The notes beneath the pieces were generated by a model. It saw nothing but the letters and a program-made list of their open reading frames with translations, was not told where the DNA came from and made no database searches. From Candidatus Enterousia scatequi (GTDB lineage Bacteria > Pseudomonadota > Alphaproteobacteria > Rs-D84), in the NCBI GenBank assembly GCA_018064405.1, contig JAGHVG010000011.1:1-47678 (forward strand): a stretch of 47,678 bases of DNA. The letters run 5' to 3'. Made by a program: the position numbers and the translations under genes. Position 1 is the first letter of the stretch; every line of letters begins with the position of its first letter. Shown here piece by piece: positions 21,819-31,384 of the stretch.

Positions 21819-24275
21819 TTACCCAAATAAAGATAGTTGATCGCTATTTTTTGCCGTTGGTTTTGATTGCGGGGTGCCCGTCTCTAATCTGTTTAAAACC
21901 TCTGCTGCACGTTTAACAACACTATCTGGCATCCCCGCCATACGCGCAACGTGAATTCCGTATGAACGGTTTGCAACCCCTGGGATAATTTTATGCATAA
22001 ATATAATTTCATTGTTGTGTTCGCGCACGTCAATTGTTAAACAGCACACATTTTGCAGACCCCTTAATGACGTTAATTCGTGATAATGTGTTGCAAACAA
22101 CGTTCTTGCAGATAAATTGTTCATGTATTCTAAAACCGATTGGGCAATTGCCATGCCGTCATATGTTGCGGTTCCGCGCCCTATTTCGTCAAATATTATA
22201 AATGATTTATTTGTTGCGCGTTTCAAAATGTTTGCGGTTTCTGCCATTTCAACCATAAACGTAGATTGACCTGCGGCCAGATTATCTGATGCGCCAACAC
22301 GACTGAATAATTGGTCGCAAATTCCGATTGTTGCACTTTGTGCCGGGACAAAAGACCCCAGGTGCGCCAATACAACAATTAACGCATTTTGACGCAAGTA
22401 TGTTGATTTACCCGCCATGTTTGGTCCGGTCAATAACGCAATTGGTTTACCATTTAAATTACAATCATTTTTAACAAAGTTTTGTGCAGATGCTCGCAAC
22501 ACAAATTCAATAACAGGATGACGCCCACCAATAACATTAAAATCACATCCATCTGTGATGTTTGGTTGTGTCCAATCAAATTCACGTGCACACAATGCAA
22601 GTGCATACCAAACATCTAAATCCGCCAACATGTCGGCAGTATTTAATAAATCGTCTGAAATATTGCGTATATCATTGATAAATGATGTGATAATTTCGTT
22701 TTCAATTCCAGACGCTTTTTCTGATGCACTGCGGATATCATTATCCAAATCAATCAAGCGTGATGTTGTAAAACGCATATTACCAACCAATGTTTGCCGG
22801 TGGATAAAGCCCGATTCGGGCTGCATTAATGCGTCGGCCTTGGTGGCGGGAACCTCTATAAAATATCCCAATATGTTGTTATATTTAATTTTGAGTGTGT
22901 GCACATCTGTATCATTGGCATATTCTGCCTGTAATGCAGCAATTGTTTCCTGGGCACCGTGTGACAGGGAACGCATATTGTCCAATGCAACATCATATCC
23001 AGCCCGTATAACATTACCATCGCGGAAAAATGTGGGTAACGTATCCGCCAGGGCCAACTTCAATTTTATTGCAATATCATCATGTGTATTAATAGTTGAA
23101 AATTTATCAGCTAAATTTTTATTCAATGATGCAGATACTGACTTTACATTTGGCAATGCGCAAATAAAGTCGCGCACGTTTGCTAAATCACGTGGTGAGC
23201 CCCGTCCAGATAACAGGCGCGATAAACTGCGCCCAACATCCGGCAGCCCAGATAGTGTTTCAGAAACAACCCCGCGTACAGACGAATTTAATACCATGTG
23301 TGATATGTTTTCTTGTCTGTCATAAATTTCGTGTATATCCCCAGATAATGTGCGTAAATATTGTCTCAATTTGCGGGCGCCCGCAGATGTACGTGTTTTA
23401 TCCAATACGTCTAACAAGCATCTGCCACCATCGTTAATCGGTGCATCTATTTCCAAACTGCGCCATGTCGCAGAATCAATTAACAGCTGTTTGCCCGATT
23501 TAAATGCGTGTGGGGTGCGAAATGTTACCGATGCGCCACGTTGCGTATTAAACAGGTATCCTGCAAGTAAAGATATCGCGTTATCTGGATTTTTGGCGTT
23601 GTCACAGACACCACCGAATACCTTGGCTACAATTTGATCAATGTCTGAACGGATATATAGTTTTTCAAACACAGCGGTCGTTTTAAAAACGTCACGCAAC
23701 TGCATTATTGTTTCGTTTTCTGCATCAGATGCGGGATATATAACCTCTGCCGGTGATATTCTCACCAAATCGTCCAATACATCAGATGTTTTACCAATAA
23801 AAAATTCACCAGTTGAAATATCACATCCTGCAATATCAAACACATTATTGGGGATTGGTAAAACAGCAACCAGAAAATTGGAGTTTTTTGGTGATAACAA
23901 ATTTTCATCTGTTAATGTTCCGGGTGTCAGAACGCGGATAATCTTTCTATCTATAAATTTGTGTCCCCGTTTTTTTGCTTCTTCTGGGGTTTCCATTTGC
24001 TCAACCAGGGCAACACAAAATCCATCACGCACCAATCTGCCGAAATAATTATCTGCGGCATGCCATGGTATTCCGCACATCGGTATATCCGCACCATCAG
24101 AATCCGCCCCGCGGTGCGTTAAAACCAAACCTAAGGTATTACTAATTGTTTTTGCATCATCAAAAAAGGCCTCGTAAAAATCACCCAAACGAAACAGCAA
24201 CAATGCATCTGGATTTTCAGATTTCATATCCACATACTGTTGCATCACAGGACTTAATTTTGATTTTTCGGGCAT
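21819..24275 (-). CDS. mutS: DNA mismatch repair protein MutS
   Basis: FRLGDFYEAF, TGPNMAGKSTYLRQ, GQSTFMVEM, DEIGRGT, SYGIHVA, C-terminal clamp motif QLSLF. Confidence 0.98.
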   Translation of the reverse strand: MPEKSKLSPVMQQYVDMKSENPDALLLFRLGDFYEAFFDDAKTISNTLGLVLTHRGADSDGADIPMCGIPWHAADNYFGRLVRDGFCVALVEQMETPEEAKKRGHKFIDRKIIRVLTPGTLTDENLLSPKNSNFLVAVLPIPNNVFDIAGCDISTGEFFIGKTSDVLDDLVRISPAEVIYPASDAENETIMQLRDVFKTTAVFEKLYIRSDIDQIVAKVFGGVCDNAKNPDNAISLLAGYLFNTQRGASVTFRTPHAFKSGKQLLIDSATWRSLEIDAPINDGGRCLLDVLDKTRTSAGARKLRQYLRTLSGDIHEIYDRQENISHMVLNSSVRGVVSETLSGLPDVGRSLSRLLSGRGSPRDLANVRDFICALPNVKSVSASLNKNLADKFSTINTHDDIAIKLKLALADTLPTFFRDGNVIRAGYDVALDNMRSLSHGAQETIAALQAEYANDTDVHTLKIKYNNILGYFIEVPATKADALMQPESGFIHRQTLVGNMRFTTSRLIDLDNDIRSASEKASGIENEIITSFINDIRNISDDLLNTADMLADLDVWYALALCAREFDWTQPNITDGCDFNVIGGRHPVIEFVLRASAQNFVKNDCNLNGKPIALLTGPNMAGKSTYLRQNALIVVLAHLGSFVPAQSATIGICDQLFSRVGASDNLAAGQSTFMVEMAETANILKRATNKSFIIFDEIGRGTATYDGMAIAQSVLEYMNNLSARTLFATHYHELTSLRGLQNVCCLTIDVREHNNEIIFMHKIIPGVANRSYGIHVARMAGMPDSVVKRAAEVLNRLETGTPQSKPTAKNSDQLSLFG

Positions 24276-24278
24276 AAC

Positions 24279-24473
24279 TTATTCACTAACTTTCAGAGTT
24301 TCTATTTTTAATTCGGCTTCTTTTAATAATTGTTCACAATATGCCTTTAACTTAATTCCCTGTTCATACGCAGCGACCGAATCAGCCAATGCTAATTCCC
24401 CAGATTCCATTTTTTTTACCAATTCAGTTAGTTGTTTATATGCTTCTTCAAAAGATAGTTTTTTTTCGTTCAT
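24279..24473 (-). CDS. xseB: Exodeoxyribonuclease VII small subunit
   Basis: SFEEAYKQL, ESGELALADSVAAYEQG, CEQLLKEAE. Confidence 0.93.
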   Translation of the reverse strand: MNEKKLSFEEAYKQLTELVKKMESGELALADSVAAYEQGIKLKAYCEQLLKEAELKIETLKVSE

Positions 24474-24528
24474 TTGTTTCCCTTAACTTCATGAATTTAC
24501 GATACAACATGGTAATATCAAAAGCAAC

Positions 24529-24554
24529 AAAAAACCGCCATAATGGCGGTTTTT
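24529..24554. terminator. Intrinsic terminator after gpsA
   Basis: A6-CCGCCA-TAA-TGGCGG-T5. Confidence 0.8.
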
Positions 24555-25416
24555 ATAAACCCATGTTTGTTTTCATTTTGGATAGGGTTGGTGTTGGTAT
24601 GCCAATCATTGTTCCGCGTTCTATTAGTCCGTTTATTGCAAATACACCTTCCACCGTTCCTTGCATTTGTTCGCCACGTGCCAATGATGCACCGCCGGAA
24701 CAATTCCTGCTGGTCATGGATGTCGCAGACAAAAACAAATCACCAATACCGCATAAATCGCTAAATGTGCGTAACTTAGCACCCATTTTTAAACCGATTT
24801 CTATAATTTCGTTCCATGCTTTGGTAAATATCAGCGCCCTTTCGTTTTCACCACTTGCGTTTACTGTGTTAAATCCAGCGATTAATGCAACCGCGTTTTT
24901 ACCGATACCACATAATTGTGTGCCAATAATATCGTCTGTAAAGTTTAAATCTAAGTTTGCCAGTGCGATTTTTCCAACATTCTGAACAATCGCGTTTCCT
25001 GCCAGTGTGGATCCGGTTGGCAGACCAGATGCAACCTCTGCTGCGAATTGTGGGCCCGATAAAACGCCATAATTTATACAGTTTGGTAACACGTCCGCTA
25101 GGATTTCGGACATAAATTTGTTTGTTGTGCTTTCTGCACCTTTGGTACAAATGATAATCGGACAAGCGTTATAAAATTCCGCGGCTTTGCGCAGGGTTTC
25201 CCTGAAAAAAGCCGCCGGTGTAGCAATTAACCATAAATCCGCATCATGTAAATCTGATAATTCGCGTGTGATGCACAGGTTTATAGGCATAGTAACATTG
25301 TCAAATAATTTGCATTCGCCATCAAATGTCCATAATGTGACTGTGTTGCCGGCATTTGCTGATGATATTGCTAATGCTGTGCCCCATGCACCCGCACCTA
25401 TGACACAGATTTTCAT
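24553..25416 (-). CDS. gpsA: NAD(P)H-dependent glycerol-3-phosphate dehydrogenase (short form)
   Basis: GAGAWGTALA, CTKG, LSGPQFAAEV, KNAVALIAG, GIGDLFL, SRN, TVEG. Confidence 0.93.
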   Translation of the reverse strand: MKICVIGAGAWGTALAISSANAGNTVTLWTFDGECKLFDNVTMPINLCITRELSDLHDADLWLIATPAAFFRETLRKAAEFYNACPIIICTKGAESTTNKFMSEILADVLPNCINYGVLSGPQFAAEVASGLPTGSTLAGNAIVQNVGKIALANLDLNFTDDIIGTQLCGIGKNAVALIAGFNTVNASGENERALIFTKAWNEIIEIGLKMGAKLRTFSDLCGIGDLFLSATSMTSRNCSGGASLARGEQMQGTVEGVFAINGLIERGTMIGIPTPTLSKMKTNMGL

Positions 25417-26996
25417 TTTATTTTCCTCAACTTCTTGTTTATATAAGGCACGACGACCATACCGTCATCAGATAAATCTATTGCGGTCAAATACGCATCT
25501 TTGGCCAGTTCAAATTCCCCTATTTCAACATACATATCACCCAAGTGTTCAAATAATGATGAACATGTTGTTGATACAGATGCAACATTTTCTACGATTT
25601 CTAGTGCAGCATCAATGCCTTCACGAACATATACAACCTGCCCCAAAGTATCCCAGGCAACGACATCTGTGGGGTGTTGAGTTATAACTTTCATTACGTA
25701 TTCATATGCTGTTTCTATTTCCTGATTTGCTGCTGCCCATATTTTGGCCTGTAACAAAATAACATCTGCATCTATAAATGTATCAGATACACTATGTAAA
25801 TCAGATTGGGCTTTCTTATAATCGCCAAACGTGAAATATATATTTGCCCTAATTTTAGTAAAAAACAACCTGCCCTTATCGCTCAGTTGTTTGTTACGTA
25901 ACGCGCGGTTAATGGTTTTTATCGCGGCATGCTTATTACCATTTTGTATTTCATGCGCAACCAGTTGTTGCAGTGTTGGAACAAATAATGGATTATTTCT
26001 TACTGCAGTTTTTAGCTCGGATATGTCATGTTCCGAACGAATCGATTGAACGAATGGGTAAAATGGACTTTGCTTATCTATCTTGTTAAATTCGTTCATA
26101 TAATTTCCATGTGTGTTATACAGGTATTGACCAATATAATATGTGTTCGCATCTTTGTTTGTGTTCGGCGCGATAATATTTGCAAACTGTAACATAACCA
26201 GTGCCAAATCCGAATGCATCATAATTTTAGTGTGTGACACAGTTTGCAATAAACTAAACGCCAGTTGTTTTTTATATCCTGCGTATTCAGACCAATCTGG
26301 AACATAATCATAATCAGTTAAATACATTCCCCCAGGCATATTGATAAATTCTGTGCGTAAATTTTTTGCTTCTTCATCCATATTATTGTGCGTATAAAAC
26401 GACATCACATACAAATAATCATTAATGTTCATAAATTCTGGAGCCACAGATTTAAATTCTTTTGCTGCCTTGGGTGTATCGCCCTGCTCTGCATAAATTT
26501 GACCGCGTACAAAAGATTTCCACGCGGGTGCAGTGGCCAATTCATCTATAAATTTCAATGTTTTTGTTTTTCTATCCGTTGCTATCCCTGCCCAAATTTT
26601 GATTGGTGCCATCAGTGCCGCAGAATCTTTTTCATGCCTTGTGCGCACATCGTCCCACGAATCGTTTATCACCAGATATGCATCGTAAATAATTTTAGCA
26701 GGTGCGGTCTTGTCGTTTTTTAATTCGGAAACATTTTCCGGCAATTTACCGGCAAGAAATTCTGACAGTATATGTAAGGTTGAAACGTTTTTATAATCAA
26801 TATCCGACAGATCGGTAACGAATTTAGATGCAGATTCAAAATCGTTAACGTAAACAGCATGCTGTGCCGCTAGGAATGATCCGTATTTATTAGATTCTGG
26901 TTTTTGTGTTTGCCAATCGTTTGGTAATAAACATATCGTTGTAATGGTTGCAACAACCAGAATTGTTCCTATAAATAAACTTTCTACTTTTTTCAT
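25413..26996 (-). CDS. Periplasmic or membrane-anchored TPR protein
   Basis: N-terminal TM, YGSFLAA, C-terminal TPRs (DTLGQV...EHLGDMY). Confidence 0.8.
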   Translation of the reverse strand: MKKVESLFIGTILVVATITTICLLPNDWQTQKPESNKYGSFLAAQHAVYVNDFESASKFVTDLSDIDYKNVSTLHILSEFLAGKLPENVSELKNDKTAPAKIIYDAYLVINDSWDDVRTRHEKDSAALMAPIKIWAGIATDRKTKTLKFIDELATAPAWKSFVRGQIYAEQGDTPKAAKEFKSVAPEFMNINDYLYVMSFYTHNNMDEEAKNLRTEFINMPGGMYLTDYDYVPDWSEYAGYKKQLAFSLLQTVSHTKIMMHSDLALVMLQFANIIAPNTNKDANTYYIGQYLYNTHGNYMNEFNKIDKQSPFYPFVQSIRSEHDISELKTAVRNNPLFVPTLQQLVAHEIQNGNKHAAIKTINRALRNKQLSDKGRLFFTKIRANIYFTFGDYKKAQSDLHSVSDTFIDADVILLQAKIWAAANQEIETAYEYVMKVITQHPTDVVAWDTLGQVVYVREGIDAALEIVENVASVSTTCSSLFEHLGDMYVEIGEFELAKDAYLTAIDLSDDGMVVVPYINKKLRKIK

Positions 26997-27022
26997 GATT
27001 TTCTTATGTTACAATAAGATTT

Positions 27023-27571
27023 ATGAATAATAAAGTTAAATTTGATTTATATGCAAATCTGTTGCGCGATTGGTCAAAACGTATGAATTTGGTGGCCCCC
27101 AGTACGCTGGGTGATATTGAAAACCGTCATTTTGCCGATTCGGCACAGTTGGCGAATGTTCTGCCACGTGATGTTAATGTGGTTGATTTGGGCAGTGGTG
27201 CGGGGTTCCCTGGTGTCGTTTTGGCAATTATGGGGTGGAATGTGACGTGTATAGAATCTATTGGTAAAAAGGCACAGTTCTTGATGGCTGTAAAAGAGGC
27301 ACTAAAACTGGACAATTTGATGGTTTATCATGGCAGGGTAGAAGATTTTGTTAAACAAACGAAATTAAATAAAAATTCGTGTATTTTTACTGCACGTGCA
27401 TTTGCACCATTGATTAAAATTTTAGATTATGTGTATAGACAAAAATGCCGGCTTTTTTTACTAAAAGGCCGGGATGTTGAAAGAGAAATTTTGGTGGCCA
27501 AAGAAAAATACGATTTTGATTATCGCTTAATTCCATCTAAAACTGGCGATGGGTATATTTTAATCATATAA
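27023..27571 (+). CDS. rsmG: 16S rRNA m7G527 methyltransferase
   Basis: MNLV, RHFADS, DLGSGAGFPG, TARAFA; precedes parA-parB. Confidence 0.95.
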   Translation: MNNKVKFDLYANLLRDWSKRMNLVAPSTLGDIENRHFADSAQLANVLPRDVNVVDLGSGAGFPGVVLAIMGWNVTCIESIGKKAQFLMAVKEALKLDNLMVYHGRVEDFVKQTKLNKNSCIFTARAFAPLIKILDYVYRQKCRLFLLKGRDVEREILVAKEKYDFDYRLIPSKTGDGYILII

Positions 27572-27580
27572 AATACCGGT

Positions 27581-27596
27581 GATTTCATGTGAAATA
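27581..27596. promoter_or_regulatory. parS-like centromere site, copy 1 (GATTTCATGTGAAATA)
   Basis: Near-palindrome resembling TGTTTCACGTGAAACA, in the rsmG-parA intergenic region. Confidence 0.75.
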
Positions 27597-27699
27597 ACAC
27601 ATAGTGTGTTGAAAATACTGTGTTTTATTTCCTTCTTTCTTTTGTGTGCATTTTTCGGCAAAATACCGGAAAATATGTTTTGTTGGTTTTGTAGTTTGG

Positions 27700-27715
27700 T
27701 ATTTCATGTGAAATA
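27700..27715. promoter_or_regulatory. parS-like centromere site, copy 2 (TATTTCATGTGAAATA)
   Basis: Second copy 119 bp downstream; 15 of 16 positions identical to copy 1. Confidence 0.75.
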
Positions 27716-27763
27716 ATGTGTAATTTGTTGATTTTAGTTTGTTTTTGTTGCTTTAAATACGTC

Positions 27764-27793
27764 TTGACCTGTTTGCGTTGGTTGTTATATAGT
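27764..27793 (+). promoter_or_regulatory. Putative parAB promoter
   Basis: TTGACC-N18-TATAGT. Confidence 0.45.
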
Positions 27794-27815
27794 GTGTGTT
27801 ATAAAGGATGAAATA

Positions 27816-28595
27816 GTGGCAGTAGTAATTTCTTTTGCGAATCAAAAGGGTGGTGTTGGGAAAACCACAACGGCTATTAACATAGGAACATCGTTAGCGG
27901 CGATAAAAAAACGTGTTTTATTGATAGATTTAGATCCCCAGGGTAATGCGGGAACGGGTCTTGGGTTCGTTCGTGCAAATCATCAACAAAGTGTATATGG
28001 TGTGATAATGGGGATTGCAAATATTTCTGATAATGTTTTGACGACAGCTGTCCCTAATTTACATTTGTTGCCGTCCAGTTTGGCACTTGCCGGGGCAGAA
28101 GTTGATTTGTTGGATATGGATAATCGTGAATATCGGTTGCGTGATGCGTTGAATTCTGTAAGCGAATTTTACGATTATATTTTGATTGATTGTCCGCCTG
28201 CGTTGGGGTATTTGACGTTAAACGCGTTAAACGCATCTGATTATGTTGTTATTCCATTACAGTGTGAATTCTTTGCATTAGAGGGTATTAGGCAATTAAC
28301 AACTTCGGTGGGCGAAGTGAAAAAGAAATGGAATCCTAAGTTGGAAATATTGGGTGTTTTACTTACAATGTATGATAAGCGGTATGGGCAGACGCGTGAT
28401 GTTGAGGATGATGTTCGTAGGGTTTTTGGTGATAAAGTGTTTAAAACTGTTGTGCCGCGTAATGTCCGTGTATCCGAAGCACCTAGTCATGGTAAGCCGG
28501 CGTTGTTTTATGATTTTAAATCATCTGGGGCCCAGGCGTACTTACGTGTGGCAACAGAAATAGTGAACAGATTAGAGCAGGGGGGACAACAATAA
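27816..28595 (+). CDS. parA: Chromosome partitioning ATPase ParA
   Basis: NQKGGVGKTTT, DLDPQGNA, IDCPP, PLQCEFFALEG, PRNVRVSEAPSHG. GTG 27816 follows AAGGA. Confidence 0.97.
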   Translation: MAVVISFANQKGGVGKTTTAINIGTSLAAIKKRVLLIDLDPQGNAGTGLGFVRANHQQSVYGVIMGIANISDNVLTTAVPNLHLLPSSLALAGAEVDLLDMDNREYRLRDALNSVSEFYDYILIDCPPALGYLTLNALNASDYVVIPLQCEFFALEGIRQLTTSVGEVKKKWNPKLEILGVLLTMYDKRYGQTRDVEDDVRRVFGDKVFKTVVPRNVRVSEAPSHGKPALFYDFKSSGAQAYLRVATEIVNRLEQGGQQ

Positions 28596-29461
28596 TGTCA
28601 AAATTTGGTTTGGGTCGCGGTTTGGAAGAAATAACCGCAGAAATGGGAACAATTCCTGATATATCTATTTTAACGGGGGCTGAACGTGTTGTGGTTAAGC
28701 AGATACCATTATCACAAATTGGTATAAATACTGATCAGCCACGCAAGGTGTTTGATAATGATAAATTGGCAGAACTGGCGGAATCAATTCGGGAAAAGGG
28801 CGTTTTGCAACCCATTTTGTTGCGCAGTGTGAAAAATAAACCATATTTATATGAAATTGTTGCGGGGGAACGCCGGTATCGTGCATCTAAAATGGCGGGG
28901 TTAGCAGAGGTACCTGCGCTGGTTAAAGATTTAAACGATGCAACGTCAATGGAAATAGCGCTTATTGAAAATGTTCAGCGTGAAAACCTGAATCCGATTG
29001 AAGAGGCACTTGGTTACCAAAATTTGATAGATAAATGCGATTATACAATAGAAGATGTTGCACGTTTAATCGGTAAGTCGGTCAGTTTTATCAGGAATTC
29101 TATACGTTTAATTGGATTGCCCGATTCGGTAAAATCTTTGGTTAGTGCCGGCAATTTATCGGCATCGCATGCAAGAACTTTGTTGGGTGCTGATAACCCG
29201 GAAAAAATGGCGCAAGAAATTATAAACGGCAAATTGTCTGTGGCAGACACACAAAAAAAAGTCAAAATTTCCGGCAAAAACGGCAAAAAAGCCGGATCGG
29301 AATTGGGAGCAGACGTCGTAAAACGCATAGAGTTAGAAATAAAAAAAGCATTAGACGTTCCGGTCAAATTGGTTGAACATCGTGGCGGGGCAGGGCAAAT
29401 TGTTTTGTCATTTGCCACAAGACCCCAGTTATACGATTTGGTGGATAAGTTGACAAAATAA
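28595..29461 (+). CDS. parB: Chromosome partitioning CTPase ParB
   Basis: GLGRGL ParA-binding motif, QPRK, GVLQPI, VAGERRYRA, ENVQRENLNPIEEA, HTH, HAR. Confidence 0.97.
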   Translation: MSKFGLGRGLEEITAEMGTIPDISILTGAERVVVKQIPLSQIGINTDQPRKVFDNDKLAELAESIREKGVLQPILLRSVKNKPYLYEIVAGERRYRASKMAGLAEVPALVKDLNDATSMEIALIENVQRENLNPIEEALGYQNLIDKCDYTIEDVARLIGKSVSFIRNSIRLIGLPDSVKSLVSAGNLSASHARTLLGADNPEKMAQEIINGKLSVADTQKKVKISGKNGKKAGSELGADVVKRIELEIKKALDVPVKLVEHRGGAGQIVLSFATRPQLYDLVDKLTK

Positions 29462-29492
29462 AAAAACACCGGCAAAATGCCGGTGAATTTTT
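29460..29492. terminator. Intrinsic terminator between parB and pal
   Basis: A-tract-CACCGGCA-AAA-TGCCGGTG. Confidence 0.75.
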
Positions 29493-29504
29493 ATCAAACA
29501 ACAA

Positions 29505-29918
29505 TTATTTAACAGTTGTTGTTGCGTTACGATTCCATTTCCATACGGATTCACCCGAACCTTTAACCAAAGGACGTTCTTTACCATAAGAAATGGTGGA
29601 AATACGTTTCGCGTTAATTCCATCATTAACTAGAACTTTCTTTGCTGCGTTCGCACGACGTGCGCCCAAAGCCAAGTTGTATTCCGTTGAACCACGTTCG
29701 TCGCAATTACCAGCAATCTGGATTTTAACATCTTCGTGGTGTTTCATATACAAAGATTGACCCAACAAGTTATTGTTCGCTTCCTTAGAGATTTCGGAAG
29801 AATTGAAATCAAAGAAAACGCGTTGTTCGTTCAAATCAGCAGGTTCCACAACCGATCCGCAGCATGCAGCCAACAAACCAGCTGTACCAGCCAACAAAGC
29901 AAATTTTGTTATTTTCAT
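29505..29918 (-). CDS. pal: Peptidoglycan-associated lipoprotein
   Basis: Lipobox LAAC, VFFDFNS, GNCDERGSTEYNLALGARRA, ISYGKERP, NR. Confidence 0.93.
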   Translation of the reverse strand: MKITKFALLAGTAGLLAACCGSVVEPADLNEQRVFFDFNSSEISKEANNNLLGQSLYMKHHEDVKIQIAGNCDERGSTEYNLALGARRANAAKKVLVNDGINAKRISTISYGKERPLVKGSGESVWKWNRNATTTVK

Positions 29919-29989
29919 GAAAATACTCCCTTGAGTTTTTGTTGCTCAGTTGCTATTTTATAACAAAAATATGGTAAAAGCAAGGAAAA

Positions 29990-30742
29990 ATGAATTCTTC
30001 TAAAAATAGTTTGATAGATTTGGATTTATCGGGGGTTAAATGGGAAATATCTGATACCCCAGCGGTAATGCGCTTAAATGATATGCGTCCATGTGCAACA
30101 AAACAAACACGGACAGCAACGACAATGGTTGTCCCGCCGATTGTGCCGGTAAAACCAATTTCAATTGAAACTGCGGTGTCTATGGCAGCGCGTCCGGCGG
30201 ATTTAAACGCTTTGATTCGCCTAATAGGCGAATTTAATCATCCATTACGTGGCGGGGCCACAAATGTTGTACTGCCGCATTTAGCACAAAATCCAAACGG
30301 TGTGTTGATAATAACAGATATTCCTGGATCAGATGATGATGCCACGGGAAATGTTTTGTCTGGGCCAGCTGGGGCATTGTTGGATAAAATGCTGGCGGCA
30401 ATTAATATGGGTCGTGAATATGTATCTATTTGTCCACTATTGTTTTGGCGTACCCCTGGTGGACGCAGTGCAACCCGTATTGAACTTGATTTATCACGAC
30501 CCTTTGTTAATCGTTTAATAGAATTTGTTAATCCGAACGTTATTTTAACTTTGGGTGATTTGGCGGCGATGGAAATAGGGGGAATTAATTTATCGCATGC
30601 GCATGGTACAGTTGCAGAAATGGCGGGTGATATTAAAATTGTCCCAATATATCACCCAAATTATGTTTTATTAAAACCCGAAACAAAACGTGATGTTTGG
30701 AATGCGTTACAGGAAATGCAAAATTTGTTGAAAATCCAATAA
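29990..30742 (+). CDS. Uracil-DNA glycosylase family protein (family-4-like, degenerate motifs)
   Basis: PGSDDDATG, GPAGALLDKMLAAI, WRTPGGR, PIYHPNY, KRDVW. Confidence 0.8.
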   Translation: MNSSKNSLIDLDLSGVKWEISDTPAVMRLNDMRPCATKQTRTATTMVVPPIVPVKPISIETAVSMAARPADLNALIRLIGEFNHPLRGGATNVVLPHLAQNPNGVLIITDIPGSDDDATGNVLSGPAGALLDKMLAAINMGREYVSICPLLFWRTPGGRSATRIELDLSRPFVNRLIEFVNPNVILTLGDLAAMEIGGINLSHAHGTVAEMAGDIKIVPIYHPNYVLLKPETKRDVWNALQEMQNLLKIQ

Positions 30743-30785
30743 AAATAAATAATAATATCTTACAGGTATTACAAAGGAGCCTACA

Positions 30786-31334
30786 ATTAAACAAGCATTT
30801 AATCGTGATAATAGGCACGATAACGGTCCGCGTATAAATGAACGGATATTCGCTAAAACAGTCCAGGTAATTAGCAGTGATGGACAAAATCTGGGGATTA
30901 TGCCGATTGCAGATGCATTAAATACTGCATCGGATATGGGGCTGGATTTGGTTGAAATTAACAATTCTAATGCCGTTCCAATTGTTAAAATCATGGATTA
31001 CGGTAAATTCAAATATGAACAGAAAAAACATGCATCTGAGGCAAAAAAGAACCAAAAAACCACAGAGTTACGTGAAGTTTGGATAAAACCTTTTATTGAG
31101 GGAAATGATTTAAATATAAAAATGAAAAAGGTTTTTGAATTTTTGGAATCTGGGAACAAGGTAAAGATTACCGTTATGACCAAGGGTTCTAAAAAAGTTT
31201 TAGCGCGTGGCAAGGATGCGGTTCCTGAATTATTCGCACGTATCGTTGAAATCATTGGTGACAAGGGAACGATAGAATCAAAATCTAAACCAGACGAAAG
31301 AACTAAATCTATGGTTATTGCACCAACAAAATAA
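30786..31334 (+). CDS. infC: Translation initiation factor IF-3 (ATT start)
   Basis: In-frame extension of the track ORF to ATT 30786 behind AAGGAG adds the conserved PRINERI. Also GLDLVEI, KIMDYGKFKYE. Confidence 0.95.
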   Translation: MKQAFNRDNRHDNGPRINERIFAKTVQVISSDGQNLGIMPIADALNTASDMGLDLVEINNSNAVPIVKIMDYGKFKYEQKKHASEAKKNQKTTELREVWIKPFIEGNDLNIKMKKVFEFLESGNKVKITVMTKGSKKVLARGKDAVPELFARIVEIIGDKGTIESKSKPDERTKSMVIAPTK

Positions 31335-31342
31335 AAAAAATA

Positions 31343-31370
31343 CACCCACCTTTTTGGTGGGTGCTTTTTT
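31343..31370. terminator. Bidirectional intrinsic terminator
   Basis: CACCCACC-TTTTT-GGTGGGTG-C-T6, with an upstream A-tract. Confidence 0.8.
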
Positions 31371-31384
31371 ATAACAAGGTTTTA

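Noticed and set aside
22555-24048. Long plus-strand ORFs opposite mutS
   Set aside because: Same-register antisense shadows.
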